Origin: Solirubrobacteraceae bacterium
GTDB lineage: Bacteria; Actinomycetota; Thermoleophilia; Solirubrobacterales; Solirubrobacteraceae
Assembly (NCBI GenBank): GCA_049518835.1
Contig: JBEKRJ010000001.1
Span: 1 to 42,643, forward strand
Direction: 5' to 3'
DNA: 42,643 nucleotides
Shown: positions 17,608-26,487 of the stretch, in pieces
How positions within the stretch are numbered: the first letter of the stretch is position 1
Layout: the number at the start of each line of letters is the position of its first letter
The notes under the pieces: model-generated
Seen by the model: the letters and a program-made list of their open reading frames with translations, nothing else
Database searches by the model: none
Told to the model about the DNA's origin: nothing
Translations under genes and position numbers: made by a program

Positions 17608-19289
17608 CGTAGCCCCTCAGCGAACGCGAGCAGCGCCTCGCGCTCCGGCAGCGGCTCGAGCGTCAGCTGCGGCGTGTCGGGGTGCGAGGCCAGGTAGGTC
17701 GCGATGATCCGCAGCTCGTCGATCTCGTCCGGCGGCACGTGCGCGCCGAGCTCGCCGGCGCGACCGCCGCGGCGCAGCGCGACCGCGCTGCGCTGCTCGA
17801 GCTCGAGCGCGTCGCACGGCAGCGGCCCCGAGTCCACGAGCCGGCCGCCGACCAGCCAGAAGCCGTCGGCGCCGGCGCCGGTCGGGTGCGCGGCCGCCAC
17901 CAGCCGCGGGCGCGCATGGGTCGCCTCGAGCACCCCCTCGAGCCGGTTGACGATCGTCGTCAGCCGCCGCCAGCGCCGCCGTAGCGACGCCGCCCGCTCG
18001 TAGCGCCGCTGCGCCGCGGCAGCCTGCATCTGGGACTCGACGTGCGCGAGCAGGGCGCCGGCGCTGTCGCGGTTGACGAACAGCGCCAGCGCCTCGTCCA
18101 GCCGCCGGCGATACAGGTTCGGGTCCAGGTCGCCCAGGCACGGCGACAGGCAGCGGCCCATCTGACCGTACGCCGACGGGTACTCGCGCCGCGCCAGCCG
18201 CCGGCCGCAGTGGCGCAGCCCGAACAGCGAGTCGAGTTGCTCGACGAGCTCGTGCGCCAGCCGCTGGCCCTCGAGCGGGCCGATCGTGACGGCATGACCG
18301 GCGGCAGGCTCGGTCGCGACCTCGAGGATCGGGAACGGGATGTCAAGGCGGCAGCGGATGTAGACGAGGCGGTCGTCGCGGCGCGCGAGGCGGATGTTGC
18401 CTGGAGGCTTGAGCTGCTTGATCAGGCGGTTCTCGAGCACGAGCGCGCCGAGCTCCGAGCGCGTCGGGCGGTAGTCGACGATCACCGCGTGCGGCGCCCA
18501 CTGCGCCGGCGGGGACGAGGGCGCGAAGTGCGCCCGCGCACGGCTGCGGATCGAGACCGACTTGCCGACGTACAGCGTCACACCGGCGCCGTCGCGAAAC
18601 AGGTACACGCCGGGATCGCGTGGCAGCTGGCCGAAGTCGAGCTGGGGCAGCCGCGCGCCGGCCGGCGCGGTGGCCCGACGGCGGTGCCCCGTCGGACGCC
18701 GACCGGGACGCTTGGGCTTGAGCAGTGCCACCGCCTCCGCGACCGTGGTCGAGTTCGCGCACAGCCGCGGGAACAGCGCGCACAGGACGCGCGCGCACGT
18801 GTCGGCGTCGGGCAGCGCGCGGTGGACGACCTCGACGTCGATCCCGAGCTTGTCGGCGAGCGCGTGCAGCCGGCGCTCGCGCTGCAGCGGCAGCATCACG
18901 CGTGCCAGCGCCGCCGTGCACAGCACCGGCGGGTCGGGCCAGTCCAGGCCGATGCGGCCGAACGCCTGGCGCAGCACGCGCCGGTCGAACGGGGCGTTGT
19001 GGGCGACCAGCACGCGACCGCGCAGGCGCAGCTCGAGCGCCGCCAGCACGGCCTCGGGCGCCGGAGCGCCGTCGACCATCGCCTGCGTGATCCCCGTGAA
19101 GCGCTGGATCCCGCGCCGCAGCGGCATCGAGGTGCGCACCAGCGAGGACCAGCGGTCGTGCAGCTCGCCGCCGCCGACCAGCACCGCCCCGACCTCGGTC
19201 AGCTCGCAGGCGTCGCCACCCAGGCCATTGGTCTCGGTGTCGACGACGAGGAACTCGGCGGTCGCGATCGGGTGCTCGAGCAACTGCAA
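17550..19289 (-). CDS. DEDDh exonuclease fused to UvrC-type GIY-YIG nuclease and UVR domain
   Basis: VDTETNG, VAHNAPFD, HRALPDA; PGVYLF...LYVGKS; LENRLIK; GRCLSPC; start uncertain (19283/19289/19322). Confidence 0.88.
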   Translation of the reverse strand: MQLLEHPIATAEFLVVDTETNGLGGDACELTEVGAVLVGGGELHDRWSSLVRTSMPLRRGIQRFTGITQAMVDGAPAPEAVLAALELRLRGRVLVAHNAPFDRRVLRQAFGRIGLDWPDPPVLCTAALARVMLPLQRERRLHALADKLGIDVEVVHRALPDADTCARVLCALFPRLCANSTTVAEAVALLKPKRPGRRPTGHRRRATAPAGARLPQLDFGQLPRDPGVYLFRDGAGVTLYVGKSVSIRSRARAHFAPSSPPAQWAPHAVIVDYRPTRSELGALVLENRLIKQLKPPGNIRLARRDDRLVYIRCRLDIPFPILEVATEPAAGHAVTIGPLEGQRLAHELVEQLDSLFGLRHCGRRLARREYPSAYGQMGRCLSPCLGDLDPNLYRRRLDEALALFVNRDSAGALLAHVESQMQAAAAQRRYERAASLRRRWRRLTTIVNRLEGVLEATHARPRLVAAAHPTGAGADGFWLVGGRLVDSGPLPCDALELEQRSAVALRRGGRAGELGAHVPPDEIDELRIIATYLASHPDTPQLTLEPLPEREALLAFAEGLRQSNGSATTSAVRSAPTAT

Positions 19290-19409
19290 CCAGCGCGTGA
19301 TACGCCCGCCGCCGGACGGCATGAAAATCCTCTTGCATGCGCCCGTTCTGTTTGCGACTGCGTCCCGGGGTACCATCGTGGGTGGCAGAGCTAGAGAAGG
19401 AGTCTTGAG

Positions 19410-19625
19410 ATGACCCCGATCGCATCTGACGTTGACGAGCTTCGAGAGCTTGACGAGGGCACGCGTGACGCGTGGCGCACCTACCGCGAGAGCCTGCGCG
19501 ACCTGAGCGCAGCCGAGTACGAGCGGGCAGAGCCCGAATCGTGGACGGCGCTTCAGGAGCAGCTGCGCCGGCTGGAGCGCCGGCGCCAAGCGTTGGTCGG
19601 GCTCGCCCCGCGGGCCCTCAGCTGA
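19410..19625 (+). CDS. small helical hypothetical protein (71 aa)
   Basis: Strong AGAAGGAG RBS; charged, coiled-coil-like sequence. Confidence 0.75.
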   Translation: MTPIASDVDELRELDEGTRDAWRTYRESLRDLSAAEYERAEPESWTALQEQLRRLERRRQALVGLAPRALS

Positions 19626-20020
19626 CCCCTCCGCGGCCAACGATCGCAATCCTGCTCGGCGGGGCGCTTGTCGCGGGCGGCTGCGGCGCGACGAAGTTCG
19701 CCAACGACCCACGCCCGCCGGTCCCGCTCGCGCTCAGCGTCTACATCGCCGGCGGCCGCCTGTCGCTGTCGCCTACCGCGGTCGGCGCCGGGCCGGTGAT
19801 CCTGACGGCCACCAACCAGGCCGGCGGGCCTGAGTCGCTGACGATCGCCCCCGCCGGCGGCGCGCCGCTGGCGAGCAGCGGCCCGATCAGCCCCCAGGCA
19901 ACCGCGCAGGTCCAGGTCGACCTGTCACCGGGCACATACAGGGTCGCCGCCGGCGCCGCCGCGACGCTGCACGTCGGCCGGCCTCGCCCCAGCGCAAGCG
20001 GCGCGCTGCTGCAGCCATAG
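19622..20020 (+). CDS. putative lipoprotein with beta-rich (cupredoxin/Ig-like) domain
   Basis: Hydrophobic stretch plus AGGC lipobox-like site; start apparently CTG overlapping the upstream TGA. Confidence 0.65.
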   Translation: MTPPRPTIAILLGGALVAGGCGATKFANDPRPPVPLALSVYIAGGRLSLSPTAVGAGPVILTATNQAGGPESLTIAPAGGAPLASSGPISPQATAQVQVDLSPGTYRVAAGAAATLHVGRPRPSASGALLQP

Positions 20021-20036
20021 CTGGCACGCTGCTGGA

Positions 20037-20151
20037 TTTGGGGCTCTACCTCGAGGGCCCGCGCCGGCCGCGCAATGTATCGCCGGTGCGGGCCGCCTCA
20101 CCGGCGATACAGGGCGCGACCGGCGTTCGTCCCGCGAGGTAGAGCCCCAAA
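20037..20151. repeat. 115-bp nested foldback element (REP/MITE-like or structured RNA)
   Basis: Perfect 17-bp outer arms (20037-20053/20135-20151), 12-bp middle arms with 1 mismatch, perfect 13-bp inner arms (20076-20088/20099-20111). Confidence 0.8.
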
Positions 20152-20163
20152 AATCAGTTGCGC

Positions 20164-20206
20164 TTGCAAAAACAGAACTTGCGTGCAACACTTGCATGCG
20201 TGCAAG
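20164..20206 (+). promoter_or_regulatory. putative marR promoter (TTGCAA-N17-AACACT) and palindromic operator CTTGCA-TGCG-TGCAAG over the start codon
   Basis: Palindrome 20191-20206 overlaps GTG 20200, as is typical of MarR autorepression. Confidence 0.5.
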
Positions 20207-20676
20207 CAACTGGAGTTGGGACCGACCTCGCGAGCGACCTGTATGCGGTCGTCGTGTACCTGCACAAGAACTGCAACGCCGACCTGTTCGAGGCCGTCGG
20301 CGCGCTCGAGCTGACGCTGACGCAGATCAAGCTCCTGCACCACCTCGAGGACGCCGCCAGCGAGCTGACGCTCAAGGAGGCGGCGGAGCTCGTGCTGATC
20401 TCGCTGCCGGCAATGAGCCGCACCGTCGACGACCTCGTCCGCCGCGGCTTCGTCGCGCGCCAGGAAGACCTCGAGGACCGGCGGATGAAGCGCGTCTCGC
20501 TGACCGATGCCGGGCGCGGCGTGATCCGCCGGCTCAACGGCGCCCGCCTCAGCGGCCTGCGCGAGTTCACCGAGACCTTGACCGAATCGGAGCGTTGCAC
20601 GCTCGCAGCCGCGCTGGCCGCCTTGCTGGAGCGTGCGGACGTCGCCGCCTGCCACCCGGAGGGAGTGACCGAATGA
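20200..20676 (+). CDS. MarR-family transcriptional regulator
   Basis: LTLTQIKLL, SRTVDDLVRRGFVAR, EDRR, LTDAG. Confidence 0.9.
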   Translation: MQATGVGTDLASDLYAVVVYLHKNCNADLFEAVGALELTLTQIKLLHHLEDAASELTLKEAAELVLISLPAMSRTVDDLVRRGFVARQEDLEDRRMKRVSLTDAGRGVIRRLNGARLSGLREFTETLTESERCTLAAALAALLERADVAACHPEGVTE

Positions 20677-22271
20677 CCGACCGCATCCTCGCCCAGCGCC
20701 ACCGCCTCGTCACCGACGACAACCGCCGCTGGTGGACGCTCGGCGCGATGTGCTTCGCGCTGTTCATGGTGATGCTCGACAACACCGTCGTGAACGTGTC
20801 GCTGCCGTCGATCCAGCGCGACCTGCACGCGTCGCTGTCGGCGCTCGAGTGGACCGTCAACGCCTACACGCTGACGTTCGCGGTGCTGATGGTGACCGGC
20901 GGGCGGCTGGGCGACATCTTCGGGCGCCGGCGGATGTTCCTGTTCGGCGTGGTCGTGTTCGGGTTCTCGAGCCTCGCGATCGGGTTCTCGCCCAACGACA
21001 CGGTCCTGGTCGCGTTCCGCGCCGTGCAGGGGATCGGCGCCGCGTTCATGATGCCGGCGACGCTGTCGATCATCACCCAGACGTTCCCGCCCGAGCAGCG
21101 CGGCACCGCGATCGGGACATGGGCGGGGGTCAGCGCGCTGGCGCTCGCGATCGGGCCGGTCGTGGGCGGCTTCCTGACCCAGGACGTGAGCTGGCGGGCG
21201 ATCTTCTTCATCAACCCGCCGATCGCCGTCGGCGCGGTCGCGGTGACGCTGTTCGCCGCCCGCGAGTCACGCGACGAGACCGTCGGCCGGGCGGTCGACA
21301 TCCCCGGGATCGCCGCGCTGACGGCGGGCCTGACGGCGCTCGTGCTGGCGCTCGTGCAGGGCAACGCGTGGGGCTGGCACTCGGTGCGGATCGTGGCGCT
21401 GTTTGCGATCGCCGTCGTCGGCGTCGCCGCGTTCATCCGGATCGAGTTGCGCGCCCGCGCGCCGATGCTGGACTTCTCGTTCTTTCGCACCCGCACCTCG
21501 CTCGGGGTCAACATCGTCGCGTTCATCGTCACGTTCGCGATGTTCTCCCAGTTCTTCTTCATGACGCTGTACATGCAGAACGTGCTGCACTACTCGCCGC
21601 TGGAGACCGGCCTGCGGTTCCTGCCCTCGACGCTCGTGATCATCTTCATGGGCCCGCTCGCGGGACGGCTGACCGACCGCACCGGCCCGCGCGCGCTGAT
21701 GGCGCTCGGGCTGCTGATCGTCGCCGCGGCGATCGGGATCCAGTCGCAGATCACGGTGCACAGCGGCTACGGGCTGCTGCTGCCGGGCTTCGTGCTGATG
21801 GGCGTCGGCATGGGGCTGGTGATGTCGCCGATGAGCACCGCCGCGATGAACGCCGTCGACCGCACGAAGGCCGGCGCCGCATCGGGCGTGCTGTCGATGA
21901 GCAGGATGGTCGGCGCGACGTTCGGCGTCGCGGTGATGGGCGCGCTGGTGACGACGATCGGCCGCGCGAAGATCAACGCGGGTCTCCCCCAGCTGCCGGC
22001 GGGCACCCGGGCGGCGCTCGCCAACACGCTCGGCAGCGGCGGCACCGTCACCGGGCAGCCCGCGCACGTCACCGCGACCGTTCAGGGAGCGTTCGTGTCG
22101 GCGCTCGGCACCGGGTTGACGATCGGCGCCGCGGTCAGCGTCGCGGCGGCGGCGATCGCCTGGGTGCTGATCCAGAACCGGCCGGCGCCGGCGGCGCTCG
22201 CGTCGGCCGCGACCGCCTCGCAGCAGCCGCTCGCCGACGGCGAACAGGCCCGCGAGCTGAGCGCCGCATAA
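20673..22271 (+). CDS. MFS drug/H+ antiporter, DHA2 (EmrB/QacA) family
   Basis: LDNTVVNVSLPSI, GRLGDIFGRRR, WRAIFFINPP; 14 TM; ATGA overlap with marR. Confidence 0.93.
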   Translation: MTDRILAQRHRLVTDDNRRWWTLGAMCFALFMVMLDNTVVNVSLPSIQRDLHASLSALEWTVNAYTLTFAVLMVTGGRLGDIFGRRRMFLFGVVVFGFSSLAIGFSPNDTVLVAFRAVQGIGAAFMMPATLSIITQTFPPEQRGTAIGTWAGVSALALAIGPVVGGFLTQDVSWRAIFFINPPIAVGAVAVTLFAARESRDETVGRAVDIPGIAALTAGLTALVLALVQGNAWGWHSVRIVALFAIAVVGVAAFIRIELRARAPMLDFSFFRTRTSLGVNIVAFIVTFAMFSQFFFMTLYMQNVLHYSPLETGLRFLPSTLVIIFMGPLAGRLTDRTGPRALMALGLLIVAAAIGIQSQITVHSGYGLLLPGFVLMGVGMGLVMSPMSTAAMNAVDRTKAGAASGVLSMSRMVGATFGVAVMGALVTTIGRAKINAGLPQLPAGTRAALANTLGSGGTVTGQPAHVTATVQGAFVSALGTGLTIGAAVSVAAAAIAWVLIQNRPAPAALASAATASQQPLADGEQARELSAA

Positions 22272-22313
22272 GCGGGCAGCGCGGTCGCGCGCTCCAGGGT
22301 ACGATCCTTGTCA

Positions 22314-23564
22314 ATGGCCGTCGATCTGAGTCAAGTTACACACGTTGGGACCGAGCCGGGCGAGCTGCCGCCCACGATGGCCGCCTGGGTGATCCGCGAG
22401 GAGCGCCAAGGCGAGCCGGCCGACGCGTTCCAGCTCGAGGAGATAGAGGTCCCGGAGCCGGGCGCGTTCGAGGTGGTCGTCAGGGTGATGGCCGCCGGCG
22501 TGAACTTCAACAACGTCTGGGCGGCGCTCGGGGAGCCGGTCTCGGTGTTTCGCTACCACCCCGAGGACGATCACCACATCGGCGGCTCCGACGCCTCCGG
22601 GATCGTCTGGAAGGTGGGCGCGGGCGTGACCCGCTGGAAGCCGGGCGACGAGGTCGTGGTGCACTGCAACCAGGCCTCTTACGAGGACGTCGAGGTCCAC
22701 GGCTTCGACCCGCTCGCCGCCCCGAGCCAGCGGATCTGGGGCTATGAGACGAGCTGGGGCTCGTTTGCGCAGTTCTGCAAGGTCCAGGCCCAGCAGTTGC
22801 TGCACAAGCCCAAGCACCTCTCCTGGGAGGACGCTTCCGCGTACGGGCTGACCTACTTCACCGCCTACCGGATGCTGGTCGACCGCTGTGAGCTGCAGCC
22901 CGGCCACCGCGTGCTGATCTGGGGCGCGGCCGGCGGGCTGGGCGTGTTCGCCACGCAGCTGTGCGCGCTGACCGGGGCTGACTCGGTCGGCGTCGTGTCC
23001 AGCGAGGAGAAGGGCAACCTGGTCAAGCAGCTCGGCGCCACCGCCTATATCGACCGCGGCGACTACAGCGCGATGATGCGCCGCGGCGACGAGGACGCCG
23101 ACCAGGAGCGCGCCCGCTTTCGCGAGTCGCGCCGCTTCTGCAAGGCGGTCGAGGAGGCGCTCGGCGCCCCGCCCGACATCGTCTTCGAGCACGTCGGCAA
23201 GGCCACCTTCCCAACCTCCGTGCTGTGCGTCAAGCCGTTCGGCAAGGTCGTGATCTGCGGCGCCACCTCGGGCTATCAGCTCGACTTCGACGTGCGCTAC
23301 CTGTGGATGCGCCAGAAGCAGATCATCGGCTCGCACTTCGCCAACGCGTGGGAGGCGACGAAGGCCAACGAGCTGATCGAGGAGTCGAAGATTCGCCCGG
23401 TGCTGTGGCAGACGATGGGGTTCGACAAGGTCGCCGAGGCGCACCAGCTGCTGCGCGACAACAAGCACCTCGGCAAGATCGCGATCCTCGTCGGCGCGTC
23501 CGAGGAAGGTCAGGGCAAGCATGCAGAGGGGCCCGGCGCGATCCGTGCCGAGGTGGGGGCGTAA
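22314..23564 (+). CDS. ccrA: crotonyl-CoA carboxylase/reductase
   Basis: MAAGVNFNNVW, HIGGSDASG, IWGYET, LIWGAAGGLG, RYLWMRQK, GSHFAN. Confidence 0.93.
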   Translation: MAVDLSQVTHVGTEPGELPPTMAAWVIREERQGEPADAFQLEEIEVPEPGAFEVVVRVMAAGVNFNNVWAALGEPVSVFRYHPEDDHHIGGSDASGIVWKVGAGVTRWKPGDEVVVHCNQASYEDVEVHGFDPLAAPSQRIWGYETSWGSFAQFCKVQAQQLLHKPKHLSWEDASAYGLTYFTAYRMLVDRCELQPGHRVLIWGAAGGLGVFATQLCALTGADSVGVVSSEEKGNLVKQLGATAYIDRGDYSAMMRRGDEDADQERARFRESRRFCKAVEEALGAPPDIVFEHVGKATFPTSVLCVKPFGKVVICGATSGYQLDFDVRYLWMRQKQIIGSHFANAWEATKANELIEESKIRPVLWQTMGFDKVAEAHQLLRDNKHLGKIAILVGASEEGQGKHAEGPGAIRAEVGA

Positions 23565-23570
23565 GCAGCG

Positions 23571-23939
23571 GTGGCTGACGCACCCGGCGTCGTCTGGATC
23601 CCCTGGTACGCCACCGTCCTGCGCCAGGAAGCGTTTGCCGACGCGGTCGTGCAGGTCGCGCCGCTCGTGCTGCGCTACGGCGCGACCCAGTACTCGGTGC
23701 ATCGCTCGCGCGACGACCAGTACAAGATCACGCAGATGGCGTGGTTCTTGCGCAAGGGCGACTGGTACCGCTACTGGGATGGTCCTGAGCTGCGCGAGTT
23801 CCGCGCGCGCAACGCGGGTCGCTACCAGATCCCCGTCGTGTACGTGTGGCACGACGAGCTGACCGCCGGCGCGCTCGGCCCGGAGATCGGGCTCGCTGCT
23901 GTGCCCGAGCCCGAGCTGGTCCCGCCGGCGGTGGCATAG
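23571..23939 (+). CDS. hypothetical protein, possible ABM/dimeric alpha-beta barrel fold
   Basis: 6 nt after ccr; aromatic-rich with a beta-alpha-beta-beta-alpha-beta pattern. Confidence 0.75.
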   Translation: MADAPGVVWIPWYATVLRQEAFADAVVQVAPLVLRYGATQYSVHRSRDDQYKITQMAWFLRKGDWYRYWDGPELREFRARNAGRYQIPVVYVWHDELTAGALGPEIGLAAVPEPELVPPAVA

Positions 23940-24029
23940 CGGGCTCTGGCTCGGCTCGGCGGCGGTGGCGTAGCCGCTCGGCCCGGGCCGGTGGCGTAGC
24001 GGCTGCGCCTGGCGCGGTTCCGGCGCTCC

Positions 24030-25196
24030 TCACGTAACGCTCGGGGGGCTGCAGCGCAGCGCCACCTCGAGCCAGAACCGCTGCTCGGGATCGTCGAGCG
24101 CGACACCGAACAGCTCGCGCAGCCGCGCCAGCCGGTAGCGCGCCGTCTGCGGATGGACGCCGAGCTTGGCGGCGACCGCCGCGAGCCTCCCCTGCTCGGC
24201 CAGCCACGCGCGCAGCGTCTCGGTCAGTCGCTTGCGCGACCCGGCCGACAGCTCCGCGAGCGGCGCGAGCTTGTCGGCGGCGAGCTCGGCCGCGAGGCGC
24301 TGGTCGGCGCGCAGCAGCAGCTCGCCGGCGAGCTCGCGCGCGACGATCAGCGCCGGCGCGCCGTCGGCCAACTCGAGCGCCGCGCGGGCGCGGGCGAAGC
24401 TGACCGCGCCGTCTGACCAGTCGACGGTCGTGCCCAGCCCGGCGGTCGCGCCGGCGCTCACCACGGCCCGCTCGATCGCCGCGCGGCGCCGCGGCGCCTC
24501 GGGGTCGGGCACGAGCGCGCACGCCAGCTCGCCGATCTGGTCGCGGATCGACCCGGCCGGCAGGTGCGAGGCGGCCGCGTCGCGGTGCTCGCCGGCGATC
24601 GCGACGACCGCCAGCGTCCGCGGCAGCGGCCAGCCGGCCTCGGTCGCGGCGACCTCGATCGCGGCGGGGTCCGCGCGCGGCGCGCGGACGAGCATCCGCA
24701 CCAGCCGCCGGCGTCGCAGCTCCGCCTCGCCGGCGGCGGCGGACTGCTCGAGCGCGTAGCCCTCGGCCGACTCGGCCGACAGCGCGTCGATGTAGGCGAA
24801 GATCGACTCCGCCAGCAGGTACAAAGTGTCGGGCTCGAGGCCGGCCTTCACTCCCGCCGCGGCGAACCGCCGCCACGCGACCCGTGCGCCGATCCGGTAG
24901 GCGCTCAGCAGCGACTCGAGGCTGCGCCCCGCGAGCATCTCGCCGCGACCGAGCGTCCGGTAGACATCGGACCTGATGACTGGGCCGCCGGCCTCGATCT
25001 CGGCGAGGAAGTGACGCAGCGCCTCCTGTACGCCGCCGAGAATGCCCTCGCCGAACGGTCCCTCGAGCGGTCGCGCGTACGCGGGCACCGTGCGGACCGC
25101 CTCGATCATCTCGTCGGCGACCTCGGCGAGCCGCGGCCGCAGCACCCGGGCGATCTCCGACGGCAGCTCGTGCCAGGGCTGATCGCCCACGCTCAT
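24030..25196 (-). CDS. PucR/CdaR-family transcriptional regulator
   Basis: LLSAYRIGARVAW, C-terminal HTH LGVHPQTARYRL. Confidence 0.9.
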   Translation of the reverse strand: MSVGDQPWHELPSEIARVLRPRLAEVADEMIEAVRTVPAYARPLEGPFGEGILGGVQEALRHFLAEIEAGGPVIRSDVYRTLGRGEMLAGRSLESLLSAYRIGARVAWRRFAAAGVKAGLEPDTLYLLAESIFAYIDALSAESAEGYALEQSAAAGEAELRRRRLVRMLVRAPRADPAAIEVAATEAGWPLPRTLAVVAIAGEHRDAAASHLPAGSIRDQIGELACALVPDPEAPRRRAAIERAVVSAGATAGLGTTVDWSDGAVSFARARAALELADGAPALIVARELAGELLLRADQRLAAELAADKLAPLAELSAGSRKRLTETLRAWLAEQGRLAAVAAKLGVHPQTARYRLARLRELFGVALDDPEQRFWLEVALRCSPPSVT

Positions 25197-25278
25197 GTCA
25201 AACCTACAAGTTTCACGGCTGCACTACTTACGCTTGGAACAGAAACTTTGTAACAGTGGAACGTATGCTTGGCTTGAG

Positions 25279-26181
25279 ATGACGCTCAAGCACAAGATCG
25301 CGAACCTGATCGGGGTGCCGCTGCCGCTCGTCGGCGTCGTCGTCGCGATCGTGTTGCTGTGGAACCGCGCGATCGGGCCGCTCGAGCTCGGGCTGCTGAT
25401 CAGCTTCTACGTGTTGACCGCGTTTGGCGTCACGCTCGGCTTTCACCGCATGTTCACGCACCGCTCACTGCAGTCGTCGCGGGCGTTCCGGGCGATCTTC
25501 GCCGTGCTGGGCTCGATGGCGGTCGAAGGGTCGGTGATCACGTGGGTCGCCGATCACCGCAAGCACCACGCGTTCACCGACCAGGAGGGCGATCCACACT
25601 CGCCGCATCTGAGCGGCCCCGGCTTCTGGGGCTCGGTCAAGGGCTTGTGGCACGCCCACGTCGGGTGGCTGTTCGAGTCGGTCGGGACGGCCGAACGCGA
25701 GCGGTTCGCCGGCGACCTGGTCAAGGACCGGGTCGTGCGCGCGGTCGACAAGCTGTTCTTGCTGTGGGTGGTGCTCGGGTTCGCGATCCCGTTCGCGCTC
25801 GGCTGGATCGTCGGCGGCGGGCTGGGGACCGCGCTGACCGCGCTGTTGTGGGGCGGGTTCGTGCGCGTGTTCCTGCTGCACCACGTGACCTGGTCGATCA
25901 ACTCCGTGTGTCACTTCTTCGGCCGCCAGCGCTTCGACGTCGAGGACGAGTCGACGAACGTGTTCTGGCTGGCGCCGCTGTCGATGGGCGAGGCCTGGCA
26001 CCACAACCACCACGCGTTCCCAACCTCGGCCTTTCACGGGCTGCGCTTCTGGGAGCGCCTCGCGGACCCGACGGGGCTGCTGATCGCGCTGTTCGAGCGC
26101 CTCGGGATCGTCTGGAACGTGGTCCGCGTCAGCCCCGAGCGCCAAGCCGCCAAGACCCTCCCCCGCTCCCGGGCGGCCTAG
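25279..26181 (+). CDS. acyl-CoA Delta-9-type fatty acid desaturase
   Basis: His boxes HRMFTH, HRKHH, HHNHH; GDPHSP; INSVCH. Confidence 0.93.
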   Translation: MTLKHKIANLIGVPLPLVGVVVAIVLLWNRAIGPLELGLLISFYVLTAFGVTLGFHRMFTHRSLQSSRAFRAIFAVLGSMAVEGSVITWVADHRKHHAFTDQEGDPHSPHLSGPGFWGSVKGLWHAHVGWLFESVGTAERERFAGDLVKDRVVRAVDKLFLLWVVLGFAIPFALGWIVGGGLGTALTALLWGGFVRVFLLHHVTWSINSVCHFFGRQRFDVEDESTNVFWLAPLSMGEAWHHNHHAFPTSAFHGLRFWERLADPTGLLIALFERLGIVWNVVRVSPERQAAKTLPRSRAA

Positions 26182-26193
26182 CTGGCCACGGCG

Positions 26194-26481
26194 TCAGCTC
26201 GGTTCTAGCGGCGCCATCGACAACCCGGCGGCGTCGAGCTGGCCCCAGTAGGCCTCGGCGTCCTCGCGCGAGCCGCTCCAGACGATCGCGCAGCCGGTGT
26301 TGTGGATCCGATCTGCGAACCGGTAGCCCTCGGCGAGCGTGATCCCCGGCAACACGCGCGCCAGCGTCTCGGCGACATGGTCGAACGTGTTGAAGTCGTC
26401 GTTGAGCACCACGACGCGCCAGAGACCGCCGATCGCGCTCCCCGGACCGCCCAGCTTGGGCAGCTCAACCACCTGGGACAT
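26194..26481 (-). CDS. clpS: Clp protease adaptor ClpS
   Basis: VVVLNDDFNTFDHV, IHNTGCAIV. Confidence 0.9.
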   Translation of the reverse strand: MSQVVELPKLGGPGSAIGGLWRVVVLNDDFNTFDHVAETLARVLPGITLAEGYRFADRIHNTGCAIVWSGSREDAEAYWGQLDAAGLSMAPLEPS

Positions 26482-26487
26482 GCACCC

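Noticed and set aside
19290-19409. LexA/SOS box upstream of the UvrC-like gene
   Set aside because: No GAAC-N4-GTTC match
7451-20174. Shared TGCAAAAACA at 7451 and 20165
   Set aside because: 10-nt match in unrelated contexts, probably chance
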